Part shown: positions 1 through 12,403 of the stretch, piece by piece
How positions within the stretch are numbered: the stretch's first letter is position 1
Layout of the letters: the number at the start of each line of letters is the position of its first letter
Program-made: the position numbers and the translations under genes
Notes under the pieces: model-generated
What the model was told of the DNA's origin: nothing
The model's input: the letters and a program-made list of their open reading frames with translations, nothing else
The model's database searches: none
NCBI GenBank assembly: GCA_964035545.1
Contig: CAXIUT010000161.1
Coordinates: 1 to 29,419, forward strand
DNA: 29,419 nucleotides
Direction: 5' to 3'
Origin: Bugula neritina
Lineage: Eukaryota; Animalia; Bryozoa

Positions 1-78
1 CCCAACCCCAACCCCAACCCCAACCCCCAACCCCAACCCCAACCCCAACCCCAACCCCAACCCCAACCCCAACCCCAA
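1..78 (+). repeat. Left telomere, (CCCCAA)n
   Basis: Tandem C4A2 at the sequence start, with one C5 variant; Tetrahymena-type ciliate telomere repeat. Confidence 0.98.
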
Positions 79-122
79 TTGATATTAACCAATATATAAA
101 GCGTTAATAATTTGATTCAACC

Positions 123-1411
123 ATGGACGATCTCATCAATATCTGCAAACTTAGTATGGGCGCATAGATCATTGATTTCTCCTCTTCAAGCGATGAACAT
201 GTATGCTAGGCATCTAATGTTTTAACTTAAATAGATGAAGTACTACCTTCTAATCTAGAAAATATGGAACAGTGCTTAAGGACTTCCACAGTACCTCATT
301 ATAAGTCTTGATAAAGTCGATTTCAAATATTAAAGCATATAAGCTATTGGTTTTTTTTGCTGGCATGATTATGTCACAAATCCCAAAACTATTTAAATAT
401 ATATTGCTCCATCAGAAGAATAAGGCTTTGTAATTTGGGCGTAAATTACACTTAAATTACAAAAAGGTAATCAATTTTTTAATATCTAATAAATACCTTA
501 ACATTTCAAAATAATAAAAATTGTAATAACTTAAACTTTTGGAGACTATTCAACCTACCTCAACCAAATAATGCTATTTGCTAAACCATTTGATTCAAAA
601 TACACTCTATCACCATCAAATAAATAAACAAAACTAGAGTTATAACACTTTAAAAATGACCTTCAATTCAAAACAAAAAAGCTTTTAGACCAAACAACAG
701 CAAAATGATAAGGCAATAGTTATAAATCAATAAATCAGATGTTTAATAGTACTATGACAATCCTAGTAGATCAAAATCTTATCTCAAATATCAACAATAT
801 ATGTAAAAATCATAATAATTCGAACAAGAATCAAACCACTTAAAAATAGGAAAGTATTAATACTCATTTAGCCTTATTGACATTATCTAAAAAAACCATA
901 TAAATGGAATAATAACTTGAATATGTTAGAAGAAATATAGAAGTGCTTAATGTCAAAGTCAATGTTTCATATTAAAAAATGGAAAAAAATCTTTAAGATA
1001 AACTCTATAAAGTTATTGATAAAAAATTTATCAAAATGAAGTAAGAACTCAAATCATAGTCAGGACATCAAGATAAACTCATGATATAAGATAAGTCAAA
1101 AGTAACAAAGATAGAAGATAATACATAAGTTCAAAATAGCTGTAACAAGGAAATAATTAATACTTTCTCTCAAAAAAGTAACTAAAAAGGTAATCATAAA
1201 GATAAATTCCAAAATCACTTCATCTCCATCAACTAAATCAATCTCGATCTAGAACCAAATAAAATCCAGTAGTTTAACAACTAATGAATAAACTTCAATA
1301 AAAATTAAAAGAAAGAGTAATTTTAATTTAACTTAGTAAGCAAAAGTCAAAAAAATAGAAATAAAACATAAAGAAGAATAAAAATCCAAAAGAATGAAGT
1401 ACCATCATTGA
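123..1411 (+). CDS. Hypothetical protein: N-terminal galactose-binding-like (discoidin/APC10/IFT25-like) domain plus low-complexity and coiled-coil tail
   Basis: With TAR=Glu and a 19-nt intron (240-258) it reads MDDLINICKLSMGAEIIDFSS...KIWNSAEGLPQYLIISL...GFFCWHDYVTNPKTIEIY...ITETFGDYSTYLNQIMLF. The frame is ambiguous after ~600 (TGA at 706 and 1285 in the starting frame, possible intron 854-871), probably from indels, so the 3' end is tentative. Confidence 0.6.
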
Positions 1412-1491
1412 TACCCTTTGATATTTTTATGAGTTATAGTTAAAGTTGAATTTCTTTTAGTTTAATAATATTGATATTTAAACTATTAAGA

Positions 1492-2086
1492 ATGATGGCC
1501 TTTATCAATTCGATCCTCGACTGGGTCAAAAATCGATTTTTTAACAAAGAACTTTAAATAGCCATCGTCGGACTACAAAATGCAGGAAAAACTACTTTAG
1601 TCAAAGCCATCACTGATGGAACCTTTGATGATGATACCATCCCTACGATCGGATTCAACCACCATTAAATCAAAAAAGGTACTTTAACTCACACATAGGT
1701 AAAATATCAATGAAATTATGGGATCTTGGAGGTCAAGCTAAATTTAGAGATTCTTGGTAAAAATTTTGTAGAGATTCAGATGTTATCATTTTCGTCGTAG
1801 ATTCATATGATCAAAGTACTTTTACAACTACTAAGCCAATATCGACATGGCCAGAGCACAACTACACGAATTACTAAGCAATAAAAGTCTGGCAGGGATC
1901 CCACTACTTCTCTTAGGAAACAAGAATGACTTGGAAGGGTCTCTCAAATAAAAATAGCTGGTAACCAGAATGGATCTTTAAAGTTTAAAAGAAAGAACAG
2001 TTGCTTGTTTTAGCGTTTCCGCAAAAAATCAAAACAGATTAGATGTGGCTTTGGGCTGGCTATCTGATCTAAAACCGAAAAAATGA
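1492..2086 (+). CDS. ARL8: ADP-ribosylation factor-like GTPase ARL8
   Basis: [73 protein letters not shown]. Introns 1679-1698 and 1816-1835 (20 nt each). Ends TGA. Confidence 0.93.
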
Positions 2087-2184
2087 TGATTTGATTTGTT
2101 CTAAACTGCAAATTTATTTTTATTTTCTTACCTGTAAGGCACAAGTGTAACTGTCATTTTGTCAAATATAATTATTTAAAAGAT

Positions 2185-3831
2185 ATGTAGAAAGATGATG
2201 AGTTTCCTTACAGGGATGAGTTTTAATGGAAGTAAAAGATTTTCCTTGGAGAGGGAGCCTATGGAAAGGTTTTTAAAGTCAGATCTAGAAAAGATGGACA
2301 GTTCTATGCCATCAAACAAATGGACATGACTCACTTCAATCAAGATCCAGGACTCATGGGTGCTCTCAAAAGATAAATTTCTATCACTTCTGAAGTTAAC
2401 TCATAACATACAGTCAAAATGGTTACTCATACAGTCGGACAACGATACACCTACATTGTCCTCGAACTTTGTGATTCTGATCTTAGAAAATAATTAAGTA
2501 ACCATAAGTTCAGTGAACCTGAATGTGTTAAAGTCTTTGAAGAACTCATGCTTGGATTCAGAATTTTGGTATAAAAGGGTTACATCCATCGAGATATCAA
2601 GCCAGCCAATGTTTTGGTTAAAAATAATCATTACAAAGTTGCTGATTTTGGATTTGCCTGTGAAGCTGATGTGATGGGAAAGAAAAAAATGACAGATATC
2701 TGTGGAACTCCTCTCTATATGGCTCCACAACTCCTTAGAAACCAACCATATACAGCAAAATCTGATATTTGGAGTATTGCTTTAATGCTCTACGAAATGA
2801 TATTTGGATACACTCCTTGGCCTTGTAGAAGTCTAAATTAATATCTCAATGGAATCTTCAATACCCCTTTGAAATTCCCTTACAACGCTAAAATTGGACA
2901 ACATACGAAAGACTTTATTCGCAAAAGTTTAGTAGTTGATGAAAGCAGAAGAATCGGATGGCCAGAAGTTTTCCAACATCCATTAGTCAAACAACAGAAT
3001 GTGGGACAAAGCTAGCCTCAAGTTTAAGTCAACAAACACGTAAAATCAATTCTTTTGAGAATACAAGAAGATATCCAAAGGAAAAATATCAACCTTAATG
3101 AAGTAGTCTAACCTTTTAGAGGACAAAATCTCAACCATGGCTCTCTCGCTTCTTTAGTTAGAAAAATAAATCCTTCTATTACTTCATACTAAATCAGCAC
3201 TCTCTTCAACTATCTTGATAATAAAAACCAAGGTTCAATTGAATGGCATGTTATCGAATAAAAACTCTTCAATGTTGATTTTAGATAGAGTGGTGATATT
3301 CTTTCAAGAAAACTTGATGAACTAGTCGCAATCATTCATGCCAGACAATAAAATCCAGTCGCTTTATTCAGCAAAATCGATACAAATCATAGTGGATTCC
3401 TTGATTTTTCAGAATTTGCCCGATTCATTTCTACTATTGCACCCTGTTATACTAAACAAGAAGTTCTTTATATGTTTGGATTATTTGATGTTGATAAAAA
3501 TGGTCTAATATCAAAAACATAGTTCGTTAAGCTTCTAAGTAGTAAACTCCCAGATAGCAAACCTCAATCTGTTGCTAATGAAAGAGCCAGAAAAAATCTT
3601 AATCTCTTATCTGAACACATGAAATGGACTCAAACTACACCAGAATCAATTCTTCAATTGGCAGATAAAGATCGTAACTACACCATTGATATGAAAGAAT
3701 TCCATGAGTTACTTTGTGGAAAACTTGGATTTCAAGTAAGCGCTTAATAAGTAAGAGAAATGTTCTATATTATTGATAGTTCTAATAATGGATCTATCAA
3801 CGCTAGTTAACTTGGAGCCCTTCTTAAATGA
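2185..3831 (+). CDS. Ser/Thr kinase (ULK/CAMK-like) with multiple C-terminal EF-hands
   Basis: Intronless, 548 aa. Kinase motifs LGEGAYGKV, YAIK, HRDIKPAN, VADFG, CGTPLYMAPQ, SDIWS. EF loops DNKNQGSIEWHV, DTNHSGFLDFSE, DVDKNGLISKTE, DKDRNYTIDMKE, DSSNNGSINASE. Confidence 0.92.
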
Positions 3832-3974
3832 TCACCCATCCTTCATTATCATCATCTATTCATAAAAGTATTCTTTTTAAATATCAATTTTGAATAATTT
3901 GAAAAAACTATCTCTCTCAAATTCCAATATCAACGATAATAGTTGTTTGATAAGATCTGAATATTTATGTTAAA

Positions 3975-4432
3975 TCAATTGAAGTCGAATTTCGCATTAA
4001 ATTGATGAAAATCGTAAGCCTTTGGTAACCTCTGATAAGGAGTAGAAGCTTTCAAAAAGTTAATATAATCTTTCGTATTGTTTTGACAATAAGTAAACTC
4101 ATTGATTTCTTCTTTGCAACCAAAAAGATGAGTATCTCCCTGGAAAAGACATTCTTTAAGATCGTTATAGATGGGCAAACAAAGAGGTTCAATCTTCATA
4201 CTACATGAATATCGTCTTACGCTTTGTTATTATAACAAACTTGAAGTTCTTTGGCCTGTTTGTAACATTAAGTTGGATCTCTTTGATAAATATTTCCAGT
4301 TTTTTTGCAATTTTCATAGGTTTATACTTTGATCACTGCAACGATTCCAACCATTAAGCGCGTATATAACACTCTGGATCGATTCTACTGTACCTAGTTT
4401 GATTTAGTTTCGAGGGTTTTTAACTCGGTCAT
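3975..4432 (-). CDS. NDUFA8: Complex I subunit NDUFA8-like (four CX9C motifs)
   Basis: CSDQSIN(Y/L)ENC, DPTECYKQAKELQVC, CLPIYNDLKEC, CKEEINEFTYC. Introns 4374-4393 and 4201-4220. Needs one +1 frame correction at ~4314-4323. Confidence 0.8.
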
Positions 4433-4572
4433 TGATTTATTATCAAAAAAAAAATATAAATATCAAGCTTCAGTTATGATCCATTTTCATACAAATCCAA
4501 ATCATTTTGAATTATTTTGAATTATTTACCTTTGAATGATGGAATAGAAAATAAATCTCTATATAATTCTAA

Positions 4573-4928
4573 ATGAAGCAACAGCATAACTTCTAAACTC
4601 AAAATAAATAAAAACAATATCTAAATCTTTGTAGAGAAAAGGCTCTACTAGAACGAGATCTAACAAGACTTCAAAATTCTAATCAACAAAATTGCACAGT
4701 AATTATCTTTTGAGATAGATCTTTAAAACAATCATAATTTTTACATTTATCCTTGCAGTTTGTTTAACAATATCAATCATCTCAGGCAAACATTTCAATA
4801 GTTTAACATCTCTTCCTGAACATTGTCAAGTCGCTTTGAATGATGCTTCCAACTTTTTCTAGCCAACTTGTGGATTATGTCAAGAAACTTGGATTCTTTA
4901 GAAGGGAATATGTACGAGGCAACCATGA
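4573..4928 (+). CDS. Small single-pass membrane protein with Cys-rich C-terminus
   Basis: Coiled-coil N-terminus, hydrophobic IFKTIIIFTFILAVCLTISII, then HCQ...TCGLCQETWILEKGIC. Intron 4699-4718. A second in-frame TGA lies at 4959-4961. Confidence 0.7.
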
Positions 4929-5159
4929 ACAATTATCTTAATAAAAGCTTTTGAAGCATGATCTTTAGTATTTTTCATCATAAATAAAATCTTTTTTAAA
5001 AGATAATTTTTCTCATTTAACTGTATTAAATTACATTTAATTCTTAAAATACTAACAAAAACAAAGTATTTTGACTCTGTTTTAATATTGATCTTTTATT
5101 CTTTCTTTGATATAAATAACAAAACCAGATAGTATAATTTATAATCAAATTTACAAGAT

Positions 5160-5542
5160 ATGTCAGCACTAAAACTCTTTGCCATTGCTGTTTTGATCAC
5201 ATTAACTTTATCCCTAAGCCTACAAAGTCACAACCCAAATTCATCTGATGAAGTAGCTAACTTTAAAAATCAAAAAATTGATAACGCTCTCCACAAAGCT
5301 GAAATGGAATTGAAAACAAGTTCTTAATACAAAGTTGCAACGGATATCACAGAAGCAATGCAACTTATCTAAAGCCTTTGGAGAAAACAAAGACGGGAAG
5401 TCTAAAGCCAAAATTACCTATGAAGAGATTGAAGAAGTTGCAGGAAAAAAGATATATCCATTTATCAAACCTTGCTATGGAAGCTGATACTGCTATTGAA
5501 CGACTCAGACACAAACTTAACCCAGAACTTCCTAAAGCGTGA
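5160..5542 (+). CDS. Small secreted hypothetical protein
   Basis: Signal-peptide-like MSALKLFAIAVLITLTLSLS. The span is 3n+2, so two +1 corrections are needed to reach ...IERLRHKLNPELPKA-TGA. Confidence 0.6.
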
Positions 5543-5639
5543 TTAACCATCAATCTTCAAATTATCCTATCAATTATTCATATTTATTCAAATAAGATTC
5601 AATAATAGATTCTAAATTTCTATAGATAATATTCTAAAT

Positions 5640-7174
5640 ATGCAAACAGAGTCCCTTTGGAAAAAATAGAAGTCCATCCTTGAAGAAGATGCAAGCAACA
5701 TCTCCATTCTAAAAAAATAAATCGTACCTTATCTTCTAAACAGACCAAATAAACTGAAATCGATGCCAATGTTCAACAATCAATCACATAAAAAATAGAA
5801 AACCTCAAACACAGTGCCACTCTTCTAGCCAAAAAACTTTAAAATGAAAAACATAAAAATGTAGAATCTTTTTTATTTAGACATAATTGGATACAATTAT
5901 CAAACATATCAAAGGTTCCATGGAACAATAGAGAGTAGAAGAAGCTAACTCTAGAGATAATAACAATATTTAAAATATAAACACTTTAGAGAATAAATAT
6001 AAGAAATTTGAGTATGATCTAAGTCAAGTCAATGGAAAAGTCAATAGACTGACTGAAAATCTATAAGAAAAAAGAAATAAAGTCAATCAAAATAGAACTT
6101 AAAGAGTCATAGATTCTGGCATATTCAGAAATATCTAAAAATAACTTATTGAATCAGAATTAACCTTCAAAAAGTTACTTATTGAAAAAATTAAATACGA
6201 AAAGTAATATTAAAAAATCTTCCAAGAATACCATTCTCTCAAATAAAAAGCCTAAAATTATAACTTTAGAAAAGACAGCACTAGATCTAAAACCAACAAA
6301 GATCTTAGTAATCGAGGAGGATTCTAGGATACAAGTTCAAATCTCAAAAAAAAGTTTTTATAGATCTAGACTGGAAGACCAACCAACTTCAGAAACACAG
6401 CTATGATGAAAATAGATGAAGAAATTATCAGATAATAATAAAAAAGAATCATGAAAATCAAAAAGATGTTACTTGAGACTAGTTTATCCAACAGTACGGA
6501 ACTACTACACTACTTTAACAATATTGAAGATATTAACTAAAAGTATTTCAATGAAATCAATATCTATGCAGATCAAGTATTTTCATATCAATATAGAGCA
6601 ACTAAATTTAGAAATATTTAGCTTAGACTAGCAACTTAAATCGACCAAAAATGTTGAGACTTAGCAACTAAAAACCTGAACTAAGCAAACAATAACTCAT
6701 TTCGTTTGAATATAAAGATAAATAATCTAAAATCAAGTAAATCAAAGGATAAATAAATTAGGAAATGAGAGAACTCTAATCTCTATTTGTACTTTCATTC
6801 TTATTTAGGAATCATAAAACTTTAAAATATTTCTCAAAGCTTTAGGAATATAACCAATTCCCTTCTCATAGCAAGGACACACTAACTTTGATTCCTTGAA
6901 AGAAGTCCTCAAACTGCTAGATAATAATGTGCAACAGTACCTTGCTGAACCAACAAGAATAGAAGAATAAAAAAATACTACCTCCAGAAATAGTGGACCT
7001 GAAAAATTATAGGATCTAATAAACAAAGTTAGAAAGAACGAAGAATGCCTGAAGGTTATGAAGAAGTAAGAATTTAAAGAAGAGTATCAGAAGATGTTAA
7101 AAAATCAAACCCAGAAATCACAAGTATCTAGAATAGCTAATAAAAGGAAATCAATTCCATCTAACAAAAAGTGA
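5640..7174 (+). CDS. Coiled-coil protein, outer dynein arm docking complex (ODA-DC2/CCDC114)-like
   Basis: Continuous frame after removing four 20-nt introns (5724-5743, 5861-5880, 6577-6596, 6789-6808). VNQNRTERVIDSGIFRNIEKEL and FNNIEDINEKYFNEIN resemble ODA-DC2 family segments; the family call is tentative. Confidence 0.7.
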
Positions 7175-7304
7175 TAATGCTACCTTATTAATATTATTCT
7201 ACAAATTGATAAATTAAATATCCTTTTGAAAGGATAAAAATAACTTCATAGACATCATTAAATTTTGATATAAACTAGCAATTTGAATATTAATCGTTAA
7301 ATAT

Positions 7305-8868
7305 ATGCGCTCTTAAGAAAGAAAAGGAATCGCTATACCCAAAATCGAACCAGTCAAGTTTATCTAACGTTCAAATGGAACCATCAAAGGCTATTCAGTC
7401 AATACTTTCCACGGGCTAGTCAAAAATTATAATGAAGATAGAGTTTCAATCATCATGAACATAACCAAACCAAACTTCAAAGGAAGATGGCCTAGATGCA
7501 GTTATTTTGGAGTGTTTGACGGACACGGAGGAAACAAATGTTCAGATTTTCTTAAATAAAATATGCATAAATATGTACCTAAAACAACATCCAGATCACA
7601 TAAAATGCACATTTCCCACATTAACCCATAGAAGCTATAAAATTTGGATTCAAAAAAGCATAACAATAGTTTCTTAACTACGCATAATCACAAAATCCAG
7701 TCGAAAGAAGTGGAAGCTGTGCAATAATTCTTCTAATCATAGATTAAACCTGCTATATTGCTAATGTCGGAGATAGTAGAGCTATCCTAAGTGTCAATTC
7801 TGGCAAAAATATCTATCCTATCTCAAACGATCACAAACCTGATTCATAAACATAGAAATAAAGAATATACAATGCTGGCGGAAAGATATACCAAAGTCAA
7901 GCTAAAAATAAAAATGGTAACATAGTAGTTGGTCCTTATAGAATATAACCTGGAAAGTTATCAGTATCTCGTTCATTTGGAGATATCTAAGCTAAACTAC
8001 CAAAATATGATGGCAATCCTAAAGTATTAATATCTAAACCTTAAATAACATATTTCTAAATCAATAGTGAAGAGCATGATTTTATTATGATGTGTTCAGA
8101 TGGAGTTTATGATAAACTTTAAAATCAAGAAGTTGCTCAATGTTTCTGGGATATCAATAATAAAATTAATTAAGATAAATAAAAATAAAAATATCAGTAT
8201 CTTGGTAAAGTTCCTTCTAAAATTATATAAAAATCTATGGAAAAAATGTCAATGGATAATCTAACTTCTCTACTTATTGTTTTCTAAGATCATGGTAGAC
8301 TACTATTACCATCTAAAAAAATCAAAAATATATAAAAATAGTCAAGAAGACAGCTATCTAACGACTACTAATCTTAGAATAGAAAAATATTAAATAGTGC
8401 AAAAGAGTCTAAAATGAACCTAGAGAAGAAGTCAATAAAAAGAAATTATCAAAAATAGAAGAACTACTAGCCAATCACCCTTAAAAGCCTAAATAGCATA
8501 AATAGAATAAAGATACCAATCGAGATCATAGTGTACCTCACAAGAGATAGAACAGTGATCATTTGACAAAGATGGTAAAAAGAAAAAGCACAACAAATAT
8601 TTTTTCAAACAACAATGAAAAGAAATTAGAATCAACAATACAAACTCCTCAACTTAACATGAACACATCTATTTCAGCTAAGATGCTAGCAGGAACAAAA
8701 ACATTCCATAAAACAAAATTAAAAGAGAATGGCGATAAAATTAGTATCAATGATTTTATTCATAAGAAAAAGAATACAGAACATAACAAAAAAGAAAAAG
8801 ATAACATATGGAAACAAATGATGAGTCATAAACCAAATGACATCAAAGATAAACTAATTAGATTTTGA
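7305..8868 (+). CDS. Protein phosphatase 2C (PPM family) with charged C-terminal tail
   Basis: NYNEDR, FGVFDGHGG, SGSCA, IANVGDSRA, DHKP, LSVSRSFGD, MCSDGVYD, SMDNLT. Intron 7575-7594. The tail needs a -1 correction in the A-runs at ~8310-8340. Confidence 0.9.
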
Positions 8869-8951
8869 TTCAAATAACTTGATAATACAATATTTATTGT
8901 TGCCATTCAAATCAATCATAAAATTTAAGTTTTTTAACTCGTAGTGAATAT

Positions 8952-9791
8952 TCAACCATCAATACTATCATATACATAGTCTTTAGATACAAAAAACTAT
9001 GATTTTTTACGTTAATCTCGATCCTACACAGTCTCAACCTTAGGCTTATCTTTCTATGATCGACCTTTCTGCTTATCAGCCTTCAAAGATTTCTTATAAC
9101 TATCACTATTCATCAAAGACTTATAGTATTTCTACATATCAACAGTAAGTTTATGAACTAGAGAACCTTTCTAATTGAATGTGTAGCTATTGGACCATAT
9201 TTTATTAATATGAGTATGAAGCTATGCAGCTGTACGATAAACAGAATTGGCTAGATTCGTTTCAATTGTTGATAAATCCATTGGATCTTTAATTATATCA
9301 AAATAATTAAGAACTCCATCTCTTTTGGGTCAACAGGAGTGAGAAAGGGAAAGGCGCTTTTATGCTTTTTCAATTGAGTTAATATGTATTGACATTGTGC
9401 AAATTCATCTTCTACTGGAATTTATTGAACTACAGGTTTTCTTGATTTTTGTGGTTCTTCTTCTAAAAATTTATCTACCTTCTTGATACGAATTCTTTTA
9501 GTTCTTCCCTCTATTTCTTAGGTATTTTCCACATTTCCAGAAACTCTCGACAAATTTTGAGTCTAATTAATCTGATAATACATCTTAAGGTCCTAATTTT
9601 ATAGCTGAAGCAACAACTTGTCCACCTTTTTTAATATTTTTATGTTCAATAAGAGCATATTTTTTTGGCAAAAAATGTTGGATAATAAGAAACTGTTAAT
9701 AGGAAAGGTTGAAATCGACTGGTTGCATTTTTTAGAAATGAGAAGCTTCCATAGGTTATCCATTTATCGAGTCAGGAACCTCACTATTCAT
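8952..9791 (-). CDS. Bromodomain protein
   Basis: CQYILTQLKKHKSAFPFLTPVDPK/RDGVLNYFDIIKDPMDLSTIETNL...INKIWSNSYTFN. 19-nt intron 9563-9581. -1 frame break at 9323-9329. First stop at 8952, next in-frame stop at 8916. Confidence 0.88.
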
Positions 9792-10113
9792 AGTAAATGA
9801 AAATCAATTATAAATATGAATCAAAGAGAGATATAAAATATATATATTATTCACTTTTTTTAATATCTATTGAATAATTGTTTTCTTTTATTTTATTTTT
9901 CATAAATTTAACAGGTTTATTGAAATTCAAGGATTTTTAATAAATAGTTTTTGAAAAATAAAGTTGTTAAAACAAAAAATGCAGATTAAAACATTGAAAA
10001 AGTAAGTTTAATAAAAAAAATTGATTTAGAATATTAATTTTATGAGTTAAATGGAGGAACTATTTTGATATTTTTAAGTTATTTTAGCTGATTTATTATC
10101 ATATTTAACATTG

Positions 10114-11372
10114 ATGTAGACACTAATCTAAAAACTAGAAAGAACTGGTAACTGGAAAAACTTTATGAGATAAGCTTGTAAATCAAATCATCTCTGCACC
10201 TCTCTTGTAGGATAATTGACTCCATCTAAACTCTCTTCACTCATATAGAGGTTTAAAAAAGCGTACTAACTAAACTACCCAGATATGAAAATAATCCAGG
10301 CACCTTTTCTTAAAATTGGATTGAACATTAAATGAAGTCCTTTAACTGGATACTAATTGCTATTAGCGCTATAAATAACGTTAAAATTATTGACTTTGTA
10401 CAATTTTTCTTACTCAGGATTAAGAAGACTGGAAATCTCTTTTTTAAGTGTTTTAAAATAAATCTCCTGCTTTTTTGAGATACTAGACTCGCAGATTTCT
10501 TCTTTAAAAAAACAGTAAAAATAAAAACTGGGCTCCAGATTAAAATTAAGTTCTCATTTAAATCGTTAAAAAAGTAAATTATCAATAATCAAGTATTAAA
10601 GCTAAAAAACACCTTGGAATGAAGTAGCTAGAACACTTTTCTAAGAATCTTAAGAAAAATATTTTAGAACTGCTAAACACTGCAGATAACATTGGCTCAA
10701 CTATCTTGATCCATCAAAGCAAAGGTATAGCTATATTTATCAAGAGGTGATTGGAATTACTAACAAGATTTGCAAATGTTATAATTGGTTGAAAAACATG
10801 GCAAGAAATGGGCTAAGCTTGGAAGTTAACTTAAAAGAACAGAGCATAATGTTAAAAATAGATATAATTCAATAATATCAAAACAAAAAAAGTTGACAAA
10901 AGATGTTAAAAAAGAAGATAAACTACTAGAAATTGCAAAAAAATCTATATAAACACTAATTTCTGATGAAAAATAGCATAGATAGTAACCTAGAGTGAGA
11001 ATCAAACTTAAAATGTCAAGCTAATCGATGTTTGATGAAAATAGATCCTTTAATAGATAGCCTTTTTTGACTTTTCATGAAATATAGCCTAAACCTCCAG
11101 TAGCTTACCTTCCAAGTTGTAATATAGAGGGTTTGGAAGGAGGTGAATTCGTTCGCCATTTGATCAAAGATGATTAAGGTTCAAATTTGAATAGAATGGA
11201 GCAGCCAACAATGTTTAATTCTTTTTGGGCTAACTCTCCTAAAAATATAACTCCTATGGGTATATCTCCATCTCCTTTGAATCTATGTTTCAGCAACTAT
11301 AATTGTTACTTCCAAAATTTCACTAACGAAATTAAAAAACAAAACGAAAGATAGTAAAATAATAATTCTTGA
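10114..11372 (+). CDS. Myb-domain (R2R3-type) transcription factor
   Basis: NWAPDENEVL...WNEVARTLF...RTAKHCREHWLNYLDP, GDWNYEQDLQMLELVEKHGKKWAKL...RTEHNVKNRYNS. 20-nt introns 10263-10282, 10398-10417, 10574-10593, 10725-10744. Confidence 0.92.
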
Positions 11373-11420
11373 TTTATTGCCTTTATAAATGTTAATTTTT
11401 GACAATAAAAGATAGAAAAA

Positions 11421-12344
11421 TCAGTAATTTTAGTCATTATTATCAAAAGTATTAATTTTAAAATTAGGAATTAAAACTTCATCTCCTTGCCTTTACCAAC
11501 CACATAACTATCCCTACTATCTAAGACTTTTTTTTTTAGAAGATTAAGTATTAGCTTTATATTGTTTTTTCTTTATCAATAGATACTTCATTTTACTTTT
11601 TTTTGATAAATGAGATGTTTTTTTAATTTTTAGATCAGAAATGATTGTAGAAATATGTTATTTTGGTATAGATTGATATCTCTATGTTTAATATTTTTGA
11701 AAATATTAAGGATTAATTAGTTTATCTTCATTTATTTTTATATTGTTTTCACTGTTAAAGTTTCTATCGAATAAACTGCTATTTTTAATATCTATTTTAG
11801 TGATATTACAATTGAGACTAAACCGTTGTTTTTGTTAATTTATTTTTTTTAACAGCTATATCAAACTTTTTTAATGTTTTCTTTAACTTCCAATGATTTA
11901 TTATTGTGACCTATTTTTAAAATCATTGTTTTAATAACTTTAAATATGCTCTTTAAGGTTAAGTTTGATTAAGTTAGGATCTAAGCTATGTTTTTTTCTT
12001 AATTTATCTATATTTTTTTTATTTTTAAAATAACTTCTCATAGGTTGATGACGATCATCCTTTCTCTATTACATAATCTTTATTATATTGCTTTTGTTCA
12101 AATAATTTTGTTTATATCCACTATACTCATTTCTCTTGCTTTTTGTAAAAATAGGAGGTAAATTTTTAGATTTATCAGACAAAGGATTTGTTTTTTAATC
12201 GCCTTATTCTTTATTTTAATCAATTACTATCTATAAGTGTTCAGTTTTCATTTTCTTTCTACTTGGAATTATTCCTAAAGTTTTAAGACTTTGAGGCAAA
12301 CCTCGAATAGTGTTTTGAAAATTAGTTTATGGTATATTAGTCAT
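11421..12344 (-). CDS. Hypothetical K/N-rich protein (307 aa)
   Basis: Uninterrupted ATG-to-TGA frame under TAR=Glu; no recognisable domain. Confidence 0.7.
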
Positions 12345-12403
12345 TAATAAAATAACTATTCAATTAACTTGCTTTTTCAGATTATTGAATGAATGATAAT
12401 AAT

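Noticed and set aside
706-1287. In-frame TGA at 706 and 1285 as evidence for TGA=Trp or selenocysteine
   Set aside because: The region is low-complexity and other frames read at least as well, so indels are the simpler explanation. No conserved column or SECIS element was seen.
8310-8340. -1 frame break in the PP2C tail
   Set aside because: It lies in A homopolymers with no in-phase canonical slippery heptamer, so it is probably a deletion error.
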